Of a stretch of 64,000 nucleotides of DNA, positions 11,970 through 63,459 are shown in pieces. Below the pieces are notes generated by a model. That model saw only the letters and a program-made list of their open reading frames with translations. It had not been told where the DNA came from and did no database searches. Each line of letters begins with the position of its first letter. Within the stretch, counting starts at the first letter, position 1. The stretch spans positions 67,394,001-67,458,000 of the forward strand of contig NC_043008.1 in assembly GCF_006345805.1 (NCBI RefSeq), written 5' to 3'. The DNA is from Octopus sinensis. Lineage: Eukaryota. The translations under genes were made by a program, and so were the position numbers.

Positions 11970-12374
11970 TATATATATATATATAAATATATTGAATCAG
12001 TTTAAGGAAAACAGAGAATATCCAATTTTTTTTATTATGCTGTTATTAAAGTTCTTCCCTTTTTGCCTACGTAACGTTTCCGCCGCCATCAAGGTGCATC
12101 TTACGTATTTTTTAGTGCATTATGATGCTACAATCCATCAAGGGCTTCATCGAGGGATTTAAATTCTTTAGATATTGAAGGAAAAGTGGTTCGTAAAATA
12201 GACAATAATTAAAGAGAAGAAATAAAAAAAAAGGTCCGATGATAGTTAAATCAAATCGAATTAAAAAGAGCTCGGATATAAGACACTATAACAAAAATGA
12301 AAATAGAAATAGAAATCAAACGGTCATGACAATAATAAAAAATACTGAAAATAAAGATAGTAAAATAAAGAAAC

Positions 12375-12641
12375 CAATTGCTTGCGTGGAAGGTGTTTGT
12401 AAGCCATTTAAGAAACACACAAAAGCCGTTCGATTCACTTCAACATTTAAGTTTAATTATATATATATATGACGAACTAACTGTTACTTTCTCAGATGCA
12501 GCACGGATTTTTGTCAGTGAACAGGTCGCGGTCTTAAAGCGACGAAAATATTTTGACAAATTAAACTTAAATGTTGAAGTGAATCGAACGGCTTTTGTGT
12601 GTTTCTTAAATGGCTTACAAATACCTTCCACGCTGCAATTG
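12375..12641. repeat. 83-bp inverted repeat with a degenerate HHR motif in the 100-nt spacer
   Basis: Arms 12375-12458 and 12559-12641; spacer holds TGTCA-GTGAACA-G-GTCGC..GCGAC-GAA-AATATT-T-TGACA (12512-12558). Confidence 0.85.
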
Positions 12642-13611
12642 TTTTCGTTCCAGCACACGATCTCAGATCAAATCACTTGCTATGCGAGTACATCTCCGTA
12701 AAATAAATAAAGTAATAGAAATAATAATAAACAGATGGTACATTTAAATAAATCGCATAAAAAAACAATACCCACGCATAAAAAAGTACTAACTTCTATA
12801 AAAACGGATTTAAAAGTTATAGAGAATGGTTCATCATATCATTCAGGAAACAAATTAGCGATAAAATCCCGGAACTATTTTATTCAGCAATTAACATACA
12901 TTTTTCCAAGAACAATAAATACTAAAGGACATTCAACTCGCACAGAATAAAAATAGCTTTCTGTAAATCGAAGAACATTGCACAAACAACAGCCGCATAA
13001 AACGCGGCTATATATGGAATAATTTCTACGAAAACGAGAGTAGAAATAATGTAAACAAATTTCAAATTGATAACAATACAAGTAAATTTATTACAAGTGT
13101 AGCCCGTAAAGTAAACGAAATAAGAGAAATAATTCATTGTAACCACTCAGAAGGATTTAAAACGGTAAACTTGCTATCTAAAAAGATTAACAAAGCAATC
13201 GATAATGTTAAAAATGTAAATAGGAACCTAAGTAATTAAAACAATAATACTAACATTAATAGCAATAGTTATAATGAAGGTAACATCTAAATTTAAATTG
13301 ATTAACCACAGACGTGAAAGAGTAGTCGTTGTGTCCATCAGACTAAAGATTTGTACAATAAGTACAAATAATTGCATAATGATTAATATTAAATAAAACT
13401 AGCAATGTAAACTAATATTTGATTTAATAATATAGTTGATAATAAATATATTACAGAGCAAAATATGCTAAACAATTAATTTAGATATCCGTAAAATTAA
13501 ATTAGATTATATGAACTGTAATTGAGAAATATCTACTTATATTAGTACCTTTTACCTTTTATTTGTTCCAGTCATTAGACTGCGGTCATGCTGGGGCACA
13601 ACCGTGAAGAA

Positions 13612-13910
13612 AAGGATGAAAGGCAAAGTTGACCTCGGTGAAATTTGAACTCAGAACGTAGTGGCAGACGAAATACCTATTTCTTTACTACCCACAAGGG
13701 GCTAAACACAGAGAGGACAAACAAGGACAGACAAACGGATTAAGTCGATTATATCGACCCCAGTGCGTAACTGGTACTTAATTTATCGACCCCGAAAGGA
13801 TGAAAGGCAAAGTCGATCTCGGCGGAATTTGAACTGAGAACGTAACGGCAGACGAAATACGGCTAAGCATTTCGATCGGCGTGCTAACGTTTCTGCCAGC
13901 TCGTCGCCTT
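13612..13910 (-). mobile_element. SINE family A (full copy plus partial tandem copy)
   Basis: Full copy 13674-13910 next to a head fragment at 13612-13680. Confidence 0.88.
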
Positions 13911-14869
13911 AGTAGCTAATAATAATAGTAGTAGTTAATAATAATAATAATAAAGATATAAGTCATAGTAATAAAAGCAAAAATTATAGGAGTAGTAGGT
14001 GTAGTAGTAAACGAATGAGCTAGGGGTGACAACGCTACAAACATTAATTACAGTAAATTGATCTTACGGAAACCAAAGTGATGAATAGTAGTATAACCTA
14101 CATTTACGGAAGTTAATTCCTTCCTTTGACCAGTAGGGTCAAAAAATTAGCGTGAGCTATTTTTAAAACGATACAACCAGGCGGTTCATTAAACAAAAAA
14201 AAAAATAAAAGAGAATATTTTCCGTTGAAATTATTTGCCATTTCGAAGACATCAAAATAACGGTCAAATTGCCCTGATGAAACCCTTGGATTGCAGCAAC
14301 ATAGTGCACTAAAAGATGCATATAATGCACCTTGATAGCGGCTGAAAGTTACGTAGGAGGAAATGGAAGAACTTTAATGACTGTATAATAAAAAATTGGA
14401 TATTCTTTATTCACTCTTTTCCTTGAAGTGATTGGCGTTGAGAAGGTACGAAAAATAGTTAAACCAACCAACTGAAAGTACATAAACTCAATTATGTAAA
14501 CCAGCATTATCGATTGGTAGAAGTGCATATTGGTACCTGCTTTGATTATATATCTCCATCAACCAAAGATTTTAGAAAAATTTTGGAAACTAGACTATAT
14601 TGTATATATATATATGAATGGTATCGTTAGCCACTACACACATTTTTTTCTCTTCTTGTTTCTCTTCTTGTTTTTTTTTCTGTGTACCTTTCTGTAACCT
14701 CAATTTAAGGTTATAAGTTTATGAGTGTGTCTATATGATTGTGTGTACTTGTGTATATGTATATGGTTATATGTGCACAGTTGCACCTAAACGTTGTATC
14801 CATTCACACTTATAACTTTAAATTATATACTCATATATGCTTATCCACTTCAACATACATGTCCTATTA

Positions 14870-15230
14870 CACTCATACACACACACACACACGCACACAC
14901 GCACACACACGCATAAACACATATACACACACACATATATACATACGCACTTGCATACGTGCGCATATACATACATACGCACATCCGTACGTGCATACAC
15001 ACATACATACATACATACATACATACATACATACATACATACACACATACATACATACATACATACATACATACATACATACACACATACACACATACAT
15101 ACATACATACATACATACACACATACACACATACATACATACACACATACATACATACATACATACATACATACATACATACATACATACATACATACAT
15201 ACACACATACATACGTATATATATATATAA
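14870..15230. repeat. (CA)n / (CATA)n microsatellite
   Basis: Direct reading; other tetranucleotide arrays at 8865-8937, 17245-17308 (GATA), 18130-18197, 18745-18795, 19010-19140. Confidence 0.97.
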
Positions 15231-15392
15231 CCTGAACTAACTAGATGTAAGGGAGAAAAAAAAAGAAAAAAAAGAAAAAAAAAGATATAAGTAATAGTAA
15301 AACAAAAGTTTTGTGATATAGAGATAAGTGACTGATAATAGGTCTTAGAGTTTTGTCGTGGGGGTGAGGGTCGTAAATCACTTCCTAGTTCC

Positions 15393-17238
15393 TAGGTGTG
15401 GCCGTACAAAGGAGGAGGAAAGTGGTATGATGACACCTTGTTCTCTGGACCGGAAAGTTCTTAAGATCCAGGAACTCATCCTACGAGCTATATCGACCTT
15501 CTTGTTGATGTGTGCACTCCAACTGAGATCGTCATCAACAATTACACCCAGGTCTCTGATATTGTTAGAGGCTGTGAGCGGTTCCCCTGAAGGAAGAGAG
15601 TATGGTTGTTTTAGTGAGGAGTTTCTTCCAAAATGCATCAGCTCAAATTTTCCCTCGTTCAGTTGCATTTCGTTTCTGTCTGTCCATTGACTCACAGCAT
15701 ATAGATCAGACTGGAGTTGAGTTCGGTCTGCTTCTTCATTGACGATTTGCTGGAGCTTAGTGTCATCAGCAAATATTTTCACTTAGCAGTAATGTACGAC
15801 ACTGGAAAGGTCGTTTATGTAAATTATGAAGAGTAGCGGACCCAAGACAGTTCCCTGGGGGACACCGCTGGTGACTTTTGCTGGGATTGAGTGGACTCCA
15901 TCAACTACAACATGTTGTGTTCTATTCGCCAGGAAATATTTAATCCAGTGTAGGACTTTTCCACGGATTCCAATATTTGCCAATTTTGAGAGTAGGATAT
16001 TATGGTTTACCCTGTCGAACACTTTACTGAAGTCAAGATATATGACATCAGAGTTCGAACCTGTTCCCAAGGCTTTGAGTACATCTTCAATATGGTGTAA
16101 GAGCTGTGTTAGACAGTCCCTGCCACAGCGAAAGCCATGCTGATTTGCATTTAGGAGTTTGTGGGTCTCCAGGAAGTCAGCTATCCTTGATCTTAACACT
16201 CTTTCAAACACTTTAATGATGTGGGAGGTGAGTGAGATTGGGCGATAGTTGAGTGCGAGGGATCTGTTTCCCTGTTTGAAAACCGGGATGACTGACTGGG
16301 ATAGAAACTGTTTCGGTATATAACCTGCGTCTAACGAATTTCTCCAGAGGTTGGTCAGAGGGACTGCAAGTTGGTGTCTACATTCCTTCAGGGGACTAGC
16401 GGGGAATCTATCAGGGCCTACAGCAGAGTAGTATTTGACCTCATTTATTGCTGCTATGATGTCAGTTGCAGTGAAGGTTATGTCTGAGATTTTATGTTGG
16501 GAGTCAACTTCGTTCGCTTCTCTTACGTCAATATCAGTGGGAACACTAAAGACAGAGCAGTATTGTTTCTGCAGTATTTCTGCCATTTCTTTAGCATCGT
16601 GTTGGGGAATGCCGTTATCATCAATCAATGGCCCAATGGGTGAGACAGTGGTTCTATGCTTATTTGCATAAGAATAGAACACTTTTGGGTTTTGTTTGAT
16701 GTTTTTGATTACCCACTGTTCCTCCACAGCTCTTTGATTTTCAATGGAGGTTTTCATGTCGGTCTGCAGATGAAGTTTTTCCAGCTCTAGCCTTTTCATT
16801 GTTGTTGAATGTGGATGTTGTATGTGGGAATATTTTAATTGGTTGATTTTTTTGTTGAGTTTTTTGATGCGCCTGATGAGTGTTTTTTTTCTTTTTAGGG
16901 AGCTGGTTTCTGTTTGTGTTAGTAGATTTCGTGGGAGCGTGTTTAGAGCATGTATAGGTGACAATGTTGTCAAAGTGCTGCCATGCGGTCTCAATATGGG
17001 TGGAATTGAGAGTAAAAGACCAGTCGATGAAAGACAGATCCTTTCTGATTGCTCCCCAGTCGACTTTGTGGAAGTTTATGTTGTCAAATGAGTGCCATGG
17101 AGTGGGATTGGCTGGTTTGGTTTTTATATGTCGGGAATTAAAATTGCAGAGTACCATGTCGTGGTCTGAGAGGAGAGTTTTTTCAACTGAAATACTGTGA
17201 ACGAAGCTAGAGTGATTGGTCAATACCAGATCCAAGAT
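15393..17238 (-). mobile_element. Truncated CR1/L2-group LINE (end of APE + RT)
   Basis: DLVLTN..LSDH (APE end), NYRPISLTS, NQHGFR, YLDFSKVFDRV, GVPQGTVLGPLLF, FADDTKL; one frameshift near 16850-16990 and one in-frame TAA at 15783. Confidence 0.9.
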
Positions 17239-17242
17239 CGTT

Positions 17243-17292
<50 letters not shown>

Positions 17293-18015
17293 CGATAGAT
17301 AGATAGATATATCCGTTTAGTTTTGTTTGGGTAGAAACTTCAGAATGCACTTTATCGTCTACCACCTGTTAATTTCATCTTTCAGGGTAATCCGATGGTA
17401 TGGTTATACACTGTGGAACTCTTTTCAGCTTAGCATTATTCTAATAATAACAATAATAACTTTCGTATGGAAATTTATAGGTTTTATTATTGCATCACAA
17501 CATGTTCCTGTACCCCATACGTTCATTGAATAACAATTTTCCGTATTCATAAAATATTACTTAAGATCACTGTTAATATTTTTAACTTGAAATACATGTA
17601 CTATTTTACATCAATGAAAATATTCCATTCAATTGTTGGAAGTTTATTGCGACTTGTCATAGATAAACAAAGGAAGAAGGAAAATATATAAAAAAGGGAA
17701 AACACACCAAAAAGGTTTATATCTTCACATCAACTGGTAGGTGTGTCTTATGAAGAAGCAAATATAGATAAAAACAAAAAGTCAATCCAACACTTTCAAT
17801 TCAAAATAACATAAAAAGTAGGTCGAGAGTATAATATTCAAACAATAGTCCGGCAGTGAAACTTGTTTAAATAAGATTGTGGATTATAGTCTCCCGGCTG
17901 CATGCTGTTGTATTGATAAGTACAAACGTAATTTATTTAAAAATATAAGAAAATTTAGTTGAAGATGAAAAATATATTCATAGACGGTTCTTGAAAACAT
18001 TTCTTGGATTTTCAT

Positions 18016-56657
<38,642 letters not shown>

Positions 56658-56773
56658 CTGAAAAACAGAAACGTGGATATGAGATATATTTAAGGAAAGT
56701 CATTGCTGCGGTTTGTATTCTAGGAAGTAATGGATACTGATAAATGTGATTATACATTTGAATTTTAACCTAC

Positions 56774-56793
56774 TACTACTGCTACAATTGCTT

Positions 56794-56834
<41 letters not shown>

Positions 56835-57674
56835 TGTAGTAGTTGTAGTAGTAGTTGTAGTAGTAGTAGTTGTAGTAGTAGTAGTAGTTATAGTAGTTGT
56901 AGTAGTAGTTGTAGTAGTAGTAGTAGTAGTTGTAGTAGTAGTAGTTGTAGTAGTAGTAGTTGTAGTAGTAGTAGTTGAAGTAGTAGTAGTTGTAGTAGTA
57001 GTAGTAGTTTAGTTGTAGTTGTAGTAGTAGTAGTAGTAGAAGTAGTAGTAGAAGTAGTAGTAGTAGTTGTAGTAGTAGTAGTAGTTGTAGTTGTAGTATT
57101 AGTAGTAGTAGTTGTAGTAGTAGTAGTAGTTGTTGTAGTAGTAGTAGTAGTTGTAGTAATAGTAGTAGTAGTAGAAGTTGTAGTAGTAGTTGTAGTAGTA
57201 GTAGTAGTTGCAGTAGTAGTAGTAGTAGTTGCAGTAGTAGTAGTAGTAGTAGTTGTAGTAGTAGTTGTAGTAGTAGTAGTAGTTGTAGTAGTAGTAGAAG
57301 TAGTAGTAGTAGTTGTAGTAGTAGTAGTTGTTGTAGTAGTAGTAGTAGTTGTAGTAGTAGTAGTTGTTGTAGTAGTTGTAGTAATTGTAGTAGTAGTAGT
57401 AGTAGTAGTTGTAGTAGTAGTTGTTGTAGTAGTAGTAGTAGTAGTAGTTGTAGTAGTAGTAGTAGTAGTTGTAGTAGTAGTTGTAGTAGTAGTTGTAGTA
57501 GTAATAGTTGTAGTAGTAGTTGTAGTAATTGTAGTAGTAGTAGTAGTAGTAGTTGTAGTAGTAGTAGTAGTAGTAGTAGTAGTTGTAGTAGTAGTAGTAG
57601 TTGTAGTAGTAGTAGTAGTTGTTGTAGTAGTAGTAGTTGTAGTAGTAGTAGTAGATGTAGTAGTAGTAGTTGCT

Positions 57675-57707
<33 letters not shown>

Positions 57708-57740
57708 ACAACCGTAATTGTCACAGTTTGCATATGCTGG
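56774..57740 (-). repeat. Compound (ACT/ACA)n trinucleotide tract, ~305 units; candidate poly-Thr mucin-stalk exon
   Basis: Plus strand (GTA/GTT)n at about 56793-57708. In the Thr frame most variants are synonymous ACA or give Ser/Ala/Ile; there is one 1-nt slip near 57010. A phase-1 donor A|gtaggt at 56774 would join the HRM exon. Repeat is certain; coding status is not. Confidence 0.5.
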
Positions 57741-58493
57741 CTGATTTGAGGGCATTGAGATGTGATATATTAACAGCGTAAATGGAGTCAAATATTCTCA
57801 GTAACACAAAATCTGATTATGTAAAATGTATGGACATTTTCGTCAAACTATTGAAGTATTCATTCGAAAAGAGTTCACTCTTAAAGAAATTTTATTTTCC
57901 TTCCAAGATATTTCAAAAAAGAAATATTTCCTTCCTTATTGACATAAGCACAAAAACGAAATGTATGGCAGCGGTTTACAGGTAGTGAACGGAAAAAAAA
58001 ATACAAGCTAAGTGAAGAAGGTTGAGACGTGTTTAATTTTCTGGATTAGAAATGTTTTAATTTTTAGAAGTTGTAATCTTATCTCCTTCGAGAATGCAAC
58101 TGAGAATAAAGACTTGGTCAATATCTCCAGATGAAAAAATTAGTAAGGACCTTATTTACGACATGCGGTGCTGTTCGCATTGCCATACCCGATACAAACG
58201 TCAGCATACTTTTTCTACTAGAGTCCACCTCTTCACTTGAAGCCCAGGAGAGCTCGAAAGGCCAAAAACAAGGGCTTTGTGTGGGCACCAACATGGTAAA
58301 AACAGTACTTAAATCACCTAAAGTCACACAAGAATAGAAACTGACGATACTACACACATAAACATATAGTGACCCTGGAGTGCTGGAGTGCGTGCGTATG
58401 TATGTATGTATGTATGTATGTATGTATGTATATATGTATGTAATCTTTTATTATTTTACTTGTTTCAGTCATTCGACTGCGGCCATGCTGGAG

Positions 58494-58526
<33 letters not shown>

Positions 58527-58579
58527 AAACATACATTTAGCAGTTTGCTTTAAAGCATTATTTCGAGCTACCACATATT

Positions 58580-58796
58580 TTTTTTCTATTCTAGGCACAA
58601 GGCCCGAAATTTTGGGGGAAGGGGGCCAGTTGATTTGATCGACTCCCGTACACAGCTGGTACTTAATTTATCGACCCCGAAAGGATGAAAAGCAAAGTCG
58701 AGCTCGGCAGAATTTGAACCCAGAACGTAAAGACAGACGAAATACTGCTAAGCATTTTGCCGGCATGCTAACGGTTCTGCCATTTCGGCGCCTTCG
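58580..58796 (-). mobile_element. SINE family A
   Basis: Full reverse copy with GCACAAGGCC tail variant. Confidence 0.85.
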
Positions 58797-59633
58797 AGCT
58801 ACCACATATTGCAGACACAATGTTATATATCGGTATTCCACTTCTTTACCCGTTTATTATTACCAATGCTCTGAATAGGCAGTGTGACAATCCATTCCTC
58901 TCTTCCTCTCTCACAGCAAATTCGAAGGCCTTGTAGAAGGGTCCAGACTAAAAGATAACGAAAATTAAGGATCCTCATGAATTAACATGCCATTAAGAAA
59001 AAGATAGTCCGTTGCTTTTCTGGAGACAACGGGGTAGCTGAATACATATATTTCTACCCAATGGTCGTCACCGGTAGGCACAGCTTTATCTTAACTTGAC
59101 TTCAACCACTCATAGATACAGGATGAATAGAAAACCATTTACAGCATAGAGTAATTTTCACAATTAAAATGAAAATGTGCAGAGAAAAGCAACCGAGAGT
59201 GACAAATATGAATTTGAACGAAGAAAAAAGTACGAAATAAATTGCTGATTTAATGAAATTATCTTCGCTTTGAAAGGTAAACAAATGCATATCTGTATGT
59301 GTGTGTGTGTGGGGGGGGCTTCGATGGTATCACCTTATACTGATAATGATGATGATGATGAGGAGGAGGTGGATGGCTAGAAAAATAATGAGAAACACAC
59401 TACTTACTTTCAACTATCAATTCCGTGTTATGCTTCTGAATTCCAAACTTATGCAATGTCTGTGATGTTTTCACAATTTTATATATGTTTCTTCTCACTT
59501 GATCCTTGGTAACTTCGCGCAGCACATTGCTGCGAATACTAAATATTCTTCTCCCTTTCTCCGAACTGAAACAATATTTTTTTAAAATTAAAAACTAAAC
59601 ATAATTTGTTTAAACAACGCTCACCAGAATATA

Positions 59634-60498
59634 TTGGGTCATCCCATAAATAATGCAGTTTTTTAATTCTTCTTTTAATTTTCAAAATTAAGATAAACAA
59701 AGTTCTTATTTAATCTAAAATATACTCTCCTTCATTTTCTACAGTGCTCTTCCATCTGTCTGGTAGATTTGCAAGGCCCCTCTTCCAAAATTCACTTATT
59801 CATGACGAAAAATACTCCTCCAGTACTGTTCTAACCTCGTCTACAGAATTCGTATTTTTTCCGTCCATATGATTTTGAAGACTGCGGAATAAATGATGAT
59901 CAGATGGGGCGATGTCCGGCGAATATGGTGGGTGGGGCATCATTTCCCATTCAAACTTCTCCAGCCTTTGGAATGTCATTCTCATTGTATGTAGCCGAGC
60001 ATTATCTTGATGGAAGAACACCTTTCGTTTTGAAACCAAAGATGGTAATTTTCTTCTACTACTGACTTAAGCCGCTCAAGCTGCCCGTAGTAGATCCCCT
60101 TTGATATCGTTTGATTTGAAGGACGGTCTCGTCGAGCTCTACAGATCTTCAAAGACGAGGCTCGGAACTTCTGGAACCACATTTGACACTGACTTACGCT
60201 TATTGTCCGATCCCCACTTACTGCATTAATATTTATCGTACTTTCCGTTGCGTTGTTACCTTTATTGAACTCATAAAACAAAATATGCCGAATATGCTCC
60301 TTTGTCACTTCCATTATAGCTTTGAAAAAAATAACTGTAAAAATCGAACTGCACTCTTCAAAACTTGCACTAGGAATAAGGCAAAGGTAAAATTACTATC
60401 TGCTTTTATAGCAAGTTGATGCAGGTAGTTTATCCCGCCCGCTCCGACTTTTAGTTCATGCAGTTGAAAAAAACCGTTTTTTTTATGGGATTACTCAA
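59634..60498 (-). mobile_element. Internally deleted mariner (DD34D)
   Basis: TIRs TTGGGTCATCCCATAAA / TTGAGTAATCCCATAAA with TA flanks; HIRHILFYEFNKG N-terminus; HQDNAR..PHPPYSPDIAPSD (34 residues). Confidence 0.92.
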
Positions 60499-60651
60499 TA
60501 CAATACACATGTTTTTCTTATATTTGTTGCACTTTAGTCGTTACAAATTCGTATAGCATGCAATGCCGAGTATGCAGCAGGTCACTAAAGTTCTTGTCTT
60601 CCACGGGTTATCAGATATATACATATATATATATACGTATATATATATAAT

Positions 60652-60682
<31 letters not shown>

Positions 60683-60749
60683 GTATATATATGTATATAT
60701 ATGTATATCTATATGTATATATATGTATATATATATGTATATATATATA

Positions 60750-60802
<53 letters not shown>

Positions 60803-60854
60803 ATGTGTGTGTGTGTGTATATGTACATATATATATATATATATTATATATATA

Positions 60855-60895
<41 letters not shown>

Positions 60896-61280
60896 CATGT
60901 ATAGTGCGTATCCGCATTAGCGTTTGACTTTCAACTCTATGCTGATTGGTTAATTGCTTGTAATGGTATGACGTCTATGTGCTTGAATATACAATGTTAC
61001 TTTCGCTACACATAATAGATAAAATAGATCTTGACATTATTTTATGAGTCTTAAAATAGCACACTAAAATCCTATAAATAAAGAATCTTGATTATTCATT
61101 AAAAACCTTCACCCAATACAAACTGTAACTTGACTATGACATATCTGTCACGCAAAGCTCTATTCAATTTACTTCATTCTTTACATATATGTCTGATTAC
61201 GCCTACCAAAACGAAACTGCGAAATCAGTGTCAACCTTTTTCTATATATATACATACATATATATGTACGTATATATATA

Positions 61281-61511
61281 TTTCTTTATTGCCCACAAGG
61301 GGTTAAACATAGAGGGGACAAACAAGGACAGACAATCGGATTAAGTCGATTACATCGACCCCAGTGCGTAACTGGTACTTAATTTATCGACCCCGAAAGG
61401 ATGAAAGGCAAAGTCGACCTCGGCGGAATTTGAACTCACGACGTAACGACAGACGAAATACGGCTACGCATTTCGCCTGACCTGCTAACGTTTCTGCCAG
61501 CTCGCCGCCTT
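61281..61511 (-). mobile_element. SINE family A
   Basis: Full reverse copy. Confidence 0.88.
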
Positions 61512-61573
61512 TTGTACGTATATATATGTGTGTGCGTGTGTGTACGTGTGTGTGTGCTTGTGTGTGTATGTGC

Positions 61574-61671
<98 letters not shown>

Positions 61672-62400
61672 ATGCCGCTTTCACAGTAATCCTCTCTTCC
61701 ATTTAGAACCGGCTGTCAATTTACGTAGTAAAATGTAATATTTCCTGGTATCTGTAAATCCTAGAATTCCAAATAATTTATTTTCATAAGGAATAAATTA
61801 AGCACAAATCAGTTGTGAGAGGGGAAATAGGTTTATTTTTCGACATAACTTCCACATAATTACAGCTATTTTGTAATATTCTTCATGAAGTATCATTAAT
61901 CTCAACGTGCAAAATTATGCGTACATGTTTACATAAATATATATGCTTAACATTACACAATACGACTGTGTATTAAAGAAAGCTAACTTATCAGATCACT
62001 AAATTATCATGATGACATCTATGGTTCAACTCTAAATATATTCACAAATTCGCCCTACATATTTAAGATGTATAGTAGGCAAGATCACAGTAATTTGGTC
62101 GGTTAAAGGAAAACAACAGTTCAAGGATTAGTGTTATGGTGCTATTCTTTACACAGGAATTTGACATGTGAATGCGGTTAAAAAGAAAACAACAGGAAAT
62201 ACAATACCATAAGTAAATGCACAAAAAACCAACCAATGACGAACATTTTAATGTCTTTTATTTAATACACATGTTAAAAAAAACACTTGATCTAAAATAA
62301 ACAAAACTTGAAAATCAGTACATGTTTTTGCTTACCCACAGTATCCAACTTTGAATTCTCCAGTCATGGTTAAAAACTCATACTCCATCTGCAATATTAA

Positions 62401-62487
<87 letters not shown>

Positions 62488-62504
62488 AGAATTCACAAAG
62501 AAAC

Positions 62505-62630
62505 AAAAGACGAAGACAGGTGGTGTAGACAACAAACAGATGTATTAGTTTAACGCTCGGGAAGTGAAAAAGTCTTTAACGTTTCGAGCCAACGCTCTTC
62601 CACAGAAAGGAACACAGAAATAAATAACGA
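62505..62630 (-). mobile_element. PLE-type terminal repeat with variant HHR motif (62574-62609)
   Basis: CTTT-CTGTGGA-A-GAGC-GTTG-GCTC-GAA-ACGT-T-AAAG; all three stems pair. Confidence 0.55.
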
Positions 62631-62634
62631 GAGA

Positions 62635-62699
<65 letters not shown>

Positions 62700-62741
62700 A
62701 AGGATGAAAAGGGACACACGAGTTGATATATATGAAAAAGT

Positions 62742-62803
62742 CCTCTTCAACTGTAACTATTAAATAATTAAATTTAATTATTTAATAGTTACAGTTGAAG
62801 AGG
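62742..62803. repeat. Perfect 62-bp palindrome with no loop
   Basis: CCTCTTCAACTGTAACTATTAAATAATTAAA followed by its exact reverse complement. Confidence 0.95.
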
Positions 62804-62879
62804 TTTCAAATGATCGAAACCGCTACTGAAATGTTCTTTATAGAATTATTTTAGCATTTTCTATCTTGACTTGTTCTTT

Positions 62880-62880
62880 C

Positions 62881-62958
<78 letters not shown>

Positions 62959-62959
62959 G

Positions 62960-63014
<55 letters not shown>

Positions 63015-63060
63015 TACACGTATGTATATATATATATATATATATATACACGTATGTATA

Positions 63061-63103
<43 letters not shown>

Positions 63104-63145
63104 GTATTATATAATATATATATATATATATATATACACGTATGT
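62880..63145. repeat. (TA)n microsatellite with CACGTATG interruptions
   Basis: Direct reading; other long (TA)n arrays at 8776-9026, 9705-9792, 20148-20515, 60618-60900, 62405-62486. Confidence 0.97.
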
Positions 63146-63189
63146 ATGTGTGAGTGAGTATATCTATCCATCTCTGTGTGCGTGTTTCT

Positions 63190-63459
63190 TTCTCGTCCAT
63201 GATATCCAAGCTGGCTTTTTCCCTTGCTCTCGCCCTCGCTGTCGCGCTTGCCCCTACCTCTCCAACACCACCATTCTCACGGGCACTCACCACTGACTCC
63301 TTTACCTGCACCGGCAGTATCTTTTGTTCTCTTTCTCGCTGCATCTATCGTGTCTCTTGCTCTCTCTGTCCTTCGCGCTACATTGGTCAAACGGGACGCA
63401 TCTTGGCCGACCGGTTCACTGAGTATCTCCGAGACATCAGACCCAGCAATGACATCTAG
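63190..63459 (+). pseudogene. Penelope-like element GIY-YIG endonuclease fragment (frameshifted)
   Basis: [14 protein letters not shown].. then FTC...[33 protein letters not shown]. Confidence 0.85.

Noticed and set aside
12016-14410. ~150-bp inverted homologs at 12016-12160 and 14272-14410 as TIRs of a 2.4-kb transposon
   Set aside because: They are quite diverged, have no clear termini or TSD, and enclose unrelated repeats; more likely two dispersed copies of one repeat in opposite orientation.
14739-15240. Overlapping ORFs of poly-(HTYI) and poly-(MYVC), and similar poly-YI, poly-HT, poly-L and poly-I ORFs elsewhere
   Set aside because: They are translations of (CATA)n, (TA)n, (CA)n and (AAT)n microsatellites in several frames, with no splice or domain context.
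59102-59290. Hydrophobic minus-strand ORF as the signal-peptide exon
   Set aside because: No convincing start or donor in a compatible phase; hydrophobicity is explained by T-rich composition.
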